Both the position numbers and the translations under genes were made by a program. A DNA stretch of 64,000 nt from Pavona decussata. Lineage: Eukaryota. Location of the stretch: NCBI GenBank assembly GCA_977016875.1, contig CDRNST010000241.1, forward strand, positions 1,054,001 to 1,118,000, read 5' to 3'. This document shows positions 1 through 10,900 of the stretch, one piece after another. Each line of letters begins with the position of its first letter. Positions within the stretch are counted from its first letter, which is position 1. The notes beneath the pieces are model-generated. The model ran no database searches, was not told where the DNA came from, and worked only from the letters and a program-made list of their open reading frames with translations.

Positions 1-3000
1 GCCGAGCCAGGGGAAGACGTAGAGGAGTACGTTGATGAACACGGCCAGAGGGTGAGAAGAGTTGTACGGACTTCTGTGACCACAAGTACCAAGACAGTAC
101 TGAGAGATGGGGCCTTGAAGGTTGTACTGACACCTAGAGATTCTGGTCGACAAGAGCTTGGAGATGGACCCGAAGATACTGAGCGAATTCAGATCTTCAC
201 CTCGGAGCACGGTCACCGCACACAAAAACTCACTAAGCCTACACTGAAAAGTCAGCTGAAAAGACCCACAGAATCCGTGACAGTGAAAATGCCACAAGAA
301 ATGGCCCAATCTCCAGACGATGATGCACGAGCTGAAAGGATCGAGAGAACGGTGTCTTACCCAGAGTGGCTTGTATCCGTCAAAGAAAAGCCTCCCACCC
401 CAGTCTCGATTTCCTCAATTCAGATTGAGCGACATACGCCGAAGTTACCAACAGTGCGTGATACTGAGAAACCGCATGTCATAGAGGAAGTATCGGCATC
501 TATTATTGAAAGGCATCCGCCAGTGATTTCGCTACATGCTCTTGAAGACGAAGAGGAAACTCCTGCGGTACGTGAGCGTAAAAGAGCAGAGCCTCCAGCG
601 GGTTTGCCCCAGTCGCCCGAAATACCGAGAAAAAAGGTACAAAGGGAAGTAGCAGACGATAAGGTCAGTAAGACAGATGTGTTCTTACCCACTCCTCCAA
701 CAGCGCAAAAGGCCGAAGAGGAAATGGAAGTGGAAGATGAAAAGGAAGGTGACGAACCAATGGATGAAGATGAGGAAGAGGACGATGAAGAAGAGGATGA
801 CGAATTTGATGAAGAGATCGTAATAGTAGAGGTTAAAAGGCGTCCAAGTTTTCCCAGATCGTTTGTTGTTGTCCCGGATGAACCTGAAATTCCATTCGAA
901 CCTAAAAGTCTTGCTTACCCGATGAAAACCACCCGCAGTTTTTCCCAGACAAGGAAAATGCCAGAAATGCAAGAAGACTTATCTTGTGTAAATATCGACA
1001 GAAAGGTCACAATTCCTGAGCTAAGGGAATCTGACCTTTTGTCGGCAGAAGCAGATGATCAGACATCGGGGGAGGTTGAAGAATATGTTGATGAGAATGG
1101 CGTTCGAGTGAGAAGAATTGTGAAACGAACCATCACAACAAGATCTGTAATCCGTACATCTGTTGATGGCCAAAGAGACGAGCCACAACCAAAGATATTT
1201 GAGTCAGCAGCTCCTGTTTACCTAGAGATGGACGCTGAAGATGTGGTACCTTCATTGCAAACTCGAGAAATTGTCCTTCCTGGATGGATGGTCGAATGTG
1301 AACCAACACCAGAAGAACAAAAGAAGCCTCAAGAAGAAATTTCATGGTTAGTGCTACCGTCTGAACCAAAACAAGATGAGCCTAAGGAAGAACGTGACCG
1401 CGACAGCGTGAGAGAAAGCGTTACTGCAACAAATTTAAATCGGGAAATTGTTATTCCTCAAATTGATGACATGGAAGATGAGTCAGCCCAGGAAATTGAA
1501 GAATATGTTGATGAAAACGGAGTGCGAGTAAGGAGAATTGTGAAACGAACTATCACAACAAGAACTATCAAGAGAGAAGGTCAACAGATTGAACCAATGG
1601 AGCTGACATTCCCTGTAACGCAAAGACGGGATCAGTCACCAGAGGAAGTTGAAGAATTTGTTGATGTGAATGGTGTTCGAGTGAGGAGAATTGTGAAACG
1701 AACCATCACAACAACATCTGTAGTCCGTACATCTGTTGATGACAAGAGGGAAGAACCGCAAACAAAAGTATTTGAGTCCGCTGCTCCTGTTTACCTAGAG
1801 ATGGACCCTGGAGATGTTGTACCTTCATTGCAAACTCGAGAAGTTGTCCTTCCTGAATGGATGGTTGAAAGTGAACCAACGCCAAAAGAACAGAAGAAGT
1901 CTCACGAAGAAATTTCATGGTTAGTACTGGCGTCTGAACCAAGAGAAGATGAGCGTAAGGAAGAACGTGACCGCGAGGGCGTGAGAGAAAGCGTTACTGC
2001 AACAACTTTGAATCGGGAAATATTTATTCCTGAAATTGATGACATGGACGAGTCACCTGAGCAAGTTGAAGAATATGTTGATGATAATGGAGTTCGAGTC
2101 AGGAGAGTAGTGAGACGTACCATCACAACAAGAACTATCAAGAGAGAAGGTCAACAGATGGAACCAATGGAGCTGACGTTCCCTGTGGCACAAAGACAGG
2201 ATGAGTCGCCTGAGGAAGTTGAAGAATATGTTGATGAAAATGGTGTTCGAGTGAGGCGAATTGTGAAACGAACCATCACAACAAGATCTGTAGTCCGTAG
2301 ATCTGTTGATGACAAAGGAGAAGAATCACAACCAAACGTATTCGAGTCAGCTGCTCCTGTGTTCCTAGAGATGGACCCTGGAGATGTGGTACCTTCTGTG
2401 CGAACTCGAGAAGTTGTCCTTCCTGAATGGATGGTTGAAAGTGAACCAACCCCAAAAGAACAGAAGAAGTCCCACGAAGAAATTTCATGGTTAGTGCTAC
2501 CGTCTGCACCAAGAGAAGATGAGCCTAAGGAAGAACGTGACCGCGAGGGCGTGAGAGAAAGCGTTACTGCAACAACTTTGAATCGGGAAATAGTGATTCC
2601 TGAAATTGATGACATGGACGAGTCAGCTGAGCAAGTTGAAGAATATGTTGATGATAATGGAGTTCGAGTCAGGAGAATAGTGAGACGTACCATCACAACA
2701 AGAACTATCAAGAGAGAAGGTCACCAGATTGAACCATTGGAGCTGACGTTCCCTGCGGTACAAAGACAGGATGAGTCGCCTGAGGAAGTTGAAGAATATG
2801 TTGATGAAAATGGTGTTCGAGTGAGGCGAATTGTGAAACGAACCATCACAACAAGATCTGTAGTCCGTAGATCTGTTGATGACAAAGGAGAAGAGTCACA
2901 ACCAAAAGTATTTGAGTCAGCTGCTCCTGTGTTCCTAGAGATGGACCCTGAAGATGTGGTACCTTCTGTGCAAACTCGAAAAGTTGTCCTTCCTGAATGG

Positions 3001-4983
3001 ATGGTTGAAAGTGAACCAACCCCAAAAGAACAGAAGAAGTCTCACGAAGAAATTTCATGGTTAGTACTGGCGTCTGAACCAAGAGAAGATGAGCCTAAGG
3101 AAGAACGTGACCGCGAGGGCGTGAGAGAAAGCGTTACTGCAACAACTTTGAATCGGGAAATAGTTATTCCTGAAATTGATGACATGGACGAGTCACCTGA
3201 GCAAGTTGAAGAATATGTTGATGATAATGGAGTTCGAGTCAGGAGAATAGTGAGACGTACCATCACAACAAAAGCTATCAAGAGAGAAGGTCACCAGATT
3301 GAACCATTGGAGCTGACGTCCCCTGTGGTACAAAGACAGGATGAGTCGCCTGAGGAAGTTGAAGAATATGTTGATGAAAATGGTGTTCGAGTGAGGCGAA
3401 TTGTGAAACGAACCATCACAACAAGATCTGTAATCCGTAGATCTGTTGATGACAAAGGAGAAGAATCACAACCAAAAGTATTTGAGTCAGCTGCTCCTGT
3501 GTTCCTAGAGATGGACCCTGAAGATGTGGTACCTTCAGTAGAAACTCGAGAAGTTGCCCTTCCTGAATGGATGGTTGAAAGTGAACCAACCCCAAAAGAA
3601 CAGAAGAAGGCTCACGAAGAAATTTCATGGTTAGTGCTACCGTCTGCACCAAGAGAAGATGAGCCTAAGGAAGAACGTGACCGCGAGGGCGTGAGAGAAA
3701 ACGTTACTGCAACAACTTTGAATCGGGAAATAGTTATTCCTGAAATTGATGACATGGAAGACAAGTCACCTGAGCAAGTTGAAGAATATGTTGATGATAA
3801 TGGAGTTCGAGTCAGGAGAATAGTGAGACGTACCATCACAACAAGAACTATCAAGAGAGAAGGTCACCAGATTGAACCATTGGAGCTGACGTTCCCTGTG
3901 GCACAAAGACAGGATGAGTCGCCTGAGGAAGTTGAAGAATATGTTGATGAAAATGGTGTTCGAGTGAGGCGAATTGTGAAACGAACCATCACAACAAGAT
4001 CTGTAATCCGTAGATCTGTTGATGACAAAGGAGAAGAGTCACAACCAAAAGTATTTGAGTCAGCTGCTCCTGTGTTCCTAGAGATGGACCCTGAAGATGT
4101 GATACCTTCAGTAGAAACTCGAGAAGTTGCCCTTCCTGAATGGATGGTTGAAAGTGAACCAACACCAAAAGAACAGGAGAAGCCTCGCGAAGAAATTTCA
4201 TGGTTAGTGCTACCATCTGAACCAAGAGAAGATGAGCGTAAAGAAGAGCGTGACCTCGACAGCGTGAGAGAAAACGTTACTGCAATAACTTTGAATCGGG
4301 AAATAGTTATTCCTGAAATTGGTGACATGGAAGATGAGTCACCTGAGGCAATTGAAGAATATGTTGACGATAATGGAGTGCGAGTCAGGAGAATTGTGAA
4401 ACGAACTGTCATAACAAGAACTATCAAGAGGGAAGGTCAACAGATTGAACCAGTGGAGATGACATTTCCTGTAGCACAAACACAAGATGAATCACCTGGA
4501 CAAGTTGAAGAATATGTTGATGAAAACGGCGTTCGAGTCAAGAGAATGGTAAGACAAACCATCACGACAGCTACTGTGCAGCGCCGAGGCGTGTTGGAGA
4601 CTAGCGCTCTTAAGTCGGCTGTTCCCGTTGCTACGTACAGAGTTGTCGAAGAAGCGGCTCCAGGTGCAGAAATGGCAACTTTGGAGGCGATCACACCAGA
4701 AGCTGTTCTTTTGGCGCACGCTCCACCGACGTCTCCCAGACGGGCTTCGATGCCATACGAAACAACGGTTGTTCAGCGATACCTCGTCATCATTGAAACA
4801 CTGTATCAGTACGTCTTGGAGCACAAATCGATGATTTTCATTTACAGCTCAAGGCATGTGCAGTTTAATTTCGTTTTGGAGAACTTTCTTTACTGGATGC
4901 TGGTCACGCTGAAGACGTTGAGCTGGATAAGACCAGTCTCGTGGAAGGTGGATGAGATCCAGGAACAGTTGCGACAGATAAAG
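1..4983 (+). CDS. Exon 1 of window (5' truncated giant exon): acidic low-complexity region, 190-aa tandem array, start of a spectrin-like repeat
   Basis: Frame open from base 1 (AEPGEDVEEYVDEHG...). Phase-0 donor AAG|GTATTC at 4983/4984 after QEQLRQIK, the same position at which rod exons end. Confidence 0.88.
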
Positions 4984-7900
4984 GTATTCCTCCCTCGTGG
5001 AACCTGTTTACATTTGCATGAAGGGATTGGCTGTTAACGCTGTTGACACTGAGAAATTGCATGAAACCTGCATGCCTAATAGAAAGTCATCATTTCTTAA
5101 GGTGATTCGTGATGGGGATTCGATAGGCTTGTTCTTTGCTCGTCTGTTTTGAAAAGGCGATATAGACCACTCTAGGCTTGTCTTTGAAGTTTAAAACCCT
5201 GCATGTGATTAATGGTTCGTGAAGTCTTTACAACGGCACAACCAACTGGACTGGACAACAGATGAATTTTTAAATCGTAGATTGTGTTAACTTAATAAAT
5301 AAAGATTGTGATTTCGCTGTCAAGACCTAATGTTAACGAACTACATCCACGATTGACGGCCTAAATGGAATGAACTTTTATTGCATAACTAATATTTGTG
5401 TAATGAACGCTCACGGCCTACTTTTAACGTACTGTACTAACTATATATTTTCCTGGTATTTGTTGTCAGCGAAATAAACACCATTTAAATGTAGGAAGAA
5501 AAAAAAAGAATAAACCTTATTTCTCAAGGCCTTCACATTGTGTCCATTTTCACTTGTTTGCACGGTATCACAGTTACATTGTCAGTGGCATTGTACTGCA
5601 CAAGTCGAAGGTTGGCGGTTTGTGTAATTTCCGTGATCACATATGAATGCGTTGCACGTCACCAGATCACTATCCGTGTTTATTGTCATTGCGTTTCACT
5701 TCTAATACTAACAATGTTGTATTTCATTTGATTTTCAGGAGAATTTAACCAATTAGATTTGTTGTTGTTGTTGTTGTGAAATGTTCTCCATATAATTTGT
5801 CAATTAATCACTGGTTACTCGTGCGCTCATCTATTCGTCCTTTCGCCAGTTCACTCCTTAATTCGTTTCTTCGTTCATTCCTTTGTTCATTCACTCAATT
5901 GTTAACTAGTCTGAGTAACTGGCGTTATTATTCGGGCTCTTATGGCTCTTGGGTTCGTTTTCGCGGCTCCACTGCCAAACCTGTGCCAGCGCCCGAACGA
6001 TCACGCCAGCTACACTGGCTACTTATTAAGTACTCATATGCACGCTCGAGCATTTGAACTTTTATTGCATAATTTTTCTTTCGTTAATTTTCTAATATTT
6101 TCTCATTCGTTCATTAATCATTCACTCATTCGTTCGTTCGTTCATTTATTCAGTCGTTCGTTCTGTTGGTCCAACCATCGATCAGTTTCGTTGTTGTTGA
6201 TCAATATTCATTCACCATTCCGTCATCACTCGACTGTACACGTTGAGCATTAATTTGTATCAGTCGTTCTTGAATCAGTACCTGAGTTAAACAAATAAGC
6301 TTTTTTTACTGCATGCAATATTTTTATGATGACGGTGTTTCTAAACAACTAACAAAGATCTTTACCCAGAACCAAACATGTTCTTCTCAGCCAAGTTGAA
6401 CTCAGTTGGTAAAACGTTTTTCTCAAAACTAACACACTAACTCCTCCTTTTGATACGATTAACAGATTTGATGCAACGGTAAAGGAGAAAGAGCCTTTTG
6501 CCAAACTTTTGTTCCATCGCAGTTAAAATCAGTTAAAGCAGTTAAATTTTTAACAAAACATCGTATAAACACAGGACACACGAAGACACAAACGTGACGT
6601 ACGTGCATGTTTTAATAACGGGGAGGATCATTATTAGTTGACTTTGCTTACACAAAGTTCATGTAAACAACATGACTTTAGGGGACCCTGGATAAGTCGA
6701 CAGGTTGATCAAGGTTGGAAAACCTGTTGTTCTTCGTAGCAACCTTTGCACGTTTGTAGTTATTTTGCCGCCATTTCTTTCTTAATACTCCAGGATCCTC
6801 TAACAAAGGCGAAGTGGTCGGAAACTTAGAAAAAAAATTACTTTGCCCTCACAGACATCTTGATTTCCCGCAGGACATTCAAGATGAGATTAGTGATAGA
6901 GCACCTGTCATCGAAAACTTCGCCAAAGTCAGTGAGGTCCTGGTGCAGAACGCACAACCAGGCGACAAAGAGGACCTCACTAGAGAGGTTAATCACGTGA
7001 CTGAGGCATTGAACAGCATCGTCACTAGAACCGCTGACCGACGAAAGGCTTTGGAAACTGCCGAGCCGCTGGCTAGGGACTACCACAACACTTTGGAAAT
7101 GCTTGCTGAAGTGATTGCCGAGGTCGAAAACAAATTGAATACCCAGCGTGCCTTTGGAGCTGAGCCGGAAAAGATCAATGAGGAGATTGAGGAGGTTAAG
7201 GTACGGTTAACTTTCTCAAATGTTTTTTTTTTCTGTTGACTTGGATCAAGATTTTGGAACTGTATTAGCGTTATATTTCAGAGTGGTATTATCAAGCCGA
7301 GTAGGCGAATAAATAATTTTGAATGTGGCTTGGTTTTGGATTGAAAAATGATACTTTAAATTGAGAGTCTCGAAGGCATGCTTGGACCAGTTGGTAGAAT
7401 TCAAATGTAAGTTGATGACCGGAAAATTACCATCAGGAAAACGGGGAAAATGTGGCGCAAACTGTGAAGCTGAATCAGCTGAATCCAACATGAAATGATT
7501 TTTTCAGATCTTGATTGGTGTTACAAGCATTGTCTGCAAGTAAAACAGCCTCTTACTGCTCCTTACCATTGGGTTGTTCGGCGGGGGCGTTCCCGGCTGG
7601 AAGCTGTAATCACAAAATTAATTACTTTCGATTATGCAGTATTGCTGATTGAATTTTGAGAGCCGGCAAAAGAAGAGTTGTCGAAATTTTCCTTAAAAAC
7701 CCGCGATGATAGAAATATGGTGTACATTCAAACGCTGGTTGCTTTTCGATGCCGAACTCATCGAAGTAACGAGATAATTACAACGACTGAAAATGAGTGC
7801 CAAGTTTCCTTTTATGGAAGTGTCCGTATTACAGAGTCTGTGTTAAGTTTAGCCTCCTGTGGGCCAAGGGAGTTATCAGTAATGAGGGGTCGCCAACTTT

Positions 7901-10900
7901 TGCCTTTGGAACTAAGTGAACTCCCCGCAACAATATAAAGGTGTTTATACTTCGAATGCGTCTTTAAAGGGGCACTGTCATGTAGATTTTTCTGTATGTT
8001 GGTCTAAACTGCTCAAATATTTGACTAAGAACCTCTTTTCTAACCTGAAATTACTCTTAGAACACCGGGAGGAAAATATCAAATGATTTCTCCGAGGAAG
8101 AATAAACTAATAATCAGATTTTAGCCATTTTTCCAAAATACTGAGAACGACCTTGACAAAATTGGCCGATTTTTTCAAGTTGCAATCCAGTTCCATCCTA
8201 GCCATCCGCAGCCAAAGATAAATGATACTAGCTTCTGTGGACTAGTTGGGTTATAGTTAACAAAACTGAACAATTATTTTAACGTTTACTTCGATATAAA
8301 TATATATATTTTTGGCTATTCAAATTGACACTAAAAATAGGGGACACTGCCTCTTTAAGGAGAACTTCCGTTGTACCAAACCATGACAGCCCCGACTGCT
8401 TTGTATCAACTATGAATGTGAAATCTTTTCGTGCATTGCAACGAAACAGGAACACCCAAGCAGAGCATTAAAGCAATAAAATTAAAATGTTGTTTCCTGC
8501 ACTCATATTGTCTGTCTCTTGTAACTGGGATTTTCTCACAGTTTTGCCTTCGGTCGCATGTTCCCTCTTAAGATGTTCGAGGTTTTTTCTTGTGAATTGT
8601 GATCGATTTAGTTCCTTACTGAGTTGAATTCAAGCTATCTCTCCGCCGTTGTTTAAAATCTCAACGAGCTTTGTCATCTTATAGGGTGCTATTGAAGGTG
8701 TAATTAATTTCAAATTATGCTAAAATACGGCTCTTCTCAACCGTTAATAATCCAGAAATTTCTCTGACTCATCCAGTGGTATTAAGGTTGAAAGTTTTGT
8801 GAGGTCTGGAAAGCTGTTACCGTCTAGAGGTGTTGTAAATGTTGCGATTGAAATAAATTTGATCAGTGTTTTGTTTGGAGAACACCCTAATTTGCGGCGT
8901 CAACATCGTAATGCTTATTTTTGAACTTCTTTTAGTTTGTTTAGATTTTTAATGCAAACAAATTTATTTCATTGTGTCAGTAAGCTAAAATAAAAAAATA
9001 AGAGTGCTATTAGGAGCAGAAAGTTGGTAAAATATCTGGGAACAGGTTTTTATAAAAAAAATCAAACAATTAAAACAAATTGACACGTATGTCCATATTT
9101 TCAAACTGTCCTCGTTGTATGGAATTTCTTGACGAAAGCTAAAGTGTAAAAGAATCCATTTTATCACTTCAGTTACACGCAGATGCGTTAAGAAGAATAC
9201 TATGGGTAAAATGCATTGAAAGATGCTTTTATTGAAAAGAACAAAGCAACGCACGCCTGTTCTCATTTTTTTATGTATAATTTCCCAAAGTAGCAAAATT
9301 CAAACTACTAGCACGATATATGTTTGTTATGCTTGCTAAAAATTCAGCTTTGTTTCCATCTTCACTGTTTGCATTTTATCGTTTTCCTTTGAAGATATTT
9401 TCATGTCGCGCAGATGTAATTTTCGCAAATGTATTACTTTTTCAAGTTTTTGTGTCGGCTTATATTGAAAAACAGATCACTTTTTGCTAATTTTAGTAAA
9501 ATATTTTCTTTTTATGTAAAACCTGCTGTGTACTTTTGTAATCAGTAGCAAAATTTTAACATCGCAAGTTATTACAATTTTCATAAACTTTTCTAAATGC
9601 CCATATTTACGTTTTTAAAATTATATAATATATGTAATGTGTATTCTTAGCGACACGTCAGAATGTTTTTGCTTGAAAGCGAGCTTCGAAAGAACCAGAA
9701 CGCTGGTATTGCATGATGAAAAAAAATCTGAATTTTAATTTTGGTTTTTATTGCTTGGTTGGAAGGCAAGATCACTGCTATGGGGGTTGTGTTTAGCGGA
9801 GTTCGCCGCGCGGACTTTATTGTGCAATTGTGTTGCAAATGCGGCCCTTGACAACAAAGACAGCGAGCTCATCTTAAATGTAAATTCGTTGCTGTGAATG
9901 CATAATTAAGTGGTGGTTTTTAAGAGGAAATTCAGGGACAACGGTTAGCCCGATTGTTTTGCCTAGAAATCCAAGTCGTAAGCGAGTGGTTTCCGACCTG
10001 TAGAGTTGCTGTGTCTCGCATGAAGGAACATGAAAACATTCCATCGCTCTAACGTTATAATTGGCATCGCAAGGTTATTCTGAATTTTTCCGTATATCAA
10101 ACGTCGAGTGAACGAGCAAGACGTTGTTTTCAAAACCGTGGAGATGATAATCGCCGCAACTATCTCGTGTTATATATACTTCTGCCCATAAATCATCGCA
10201 ATTAATGGTTGGCTTTCACAAATGGCCAACAAAGAGAAGCGAAATAATCTTCCAGAATGCGGATGCCGTGGTTGTATGAATTTAAAGTCAAGTCGCCCCG
10301 GGAAATACGATTGCTTCAAGTTAGATGAAGCCAGCGACATAAACAGTATACGGACACGAATAAATTCGGGATTGCGACGAGCCTCTGTGGAGTGTGCGTG
10401 CGGTTGTAAAGAACAAAATGCATCAAACGTACGGGGCAATCGAGGGACGTTTATTAAATTTACTGGGCCTACGAACGGTGCAAGTTCAAACCCTATTGGC
10501 TCGGCTTTATCGAGTAAATCATACATTCGGTCAACTAGTGGACGTTTCTTGGAAAAACATACAGACGGGAAATCTCGCAGCTTCGATATTCAAAATAATG
10601 ATGTGTCAGATAGCGTACCAGATGAATATTTTCGGTCTATAACTGTTTGGAAAGGATTTCTGGTTAAACCTGTGTATGTGAGAGCTAGAAGGGCATCTCG
10701 TCTGGTTTTACAGCAAACCGAGAGTTCAAACAATGGACCATTGGCTTCGGAATATAGTTCTTGCAACGGCGGATTGCCCTCGGAGGAAAAAAGGGTACGT
10801 AAAAGTAAAAATTCGGCGTTGCACGCTCGACCTAAGGTAGGGACGCAGATTTATTTATTCAAACCTGCGTTGTAGCATTACCGCTCGGAACAATATTCCT

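Noticed and set aside
1072-4580. Repeat-spacer pattern as a CRISPR-like array
   Set aside because: The spacers are themselves repeated, the array is in-frame coding sequence in an intron-containing eukaryotic gene, and there are no cas genes.
1133-4824. Series of repeated minus-strand ORFs (78-187 aa)
   Set aside because: Antisense shadows of the + strand coding tandem array. They recur with its 570/573-bp period.
4860-5037. KASH or transmembrane C-terminus of a nesprin
   Set aside because: The hydrophobic stretch contains charged residues and follows the spectrin helix-A pattern. There is no PPPX terminus, and an in-frame donor continues to the rod.
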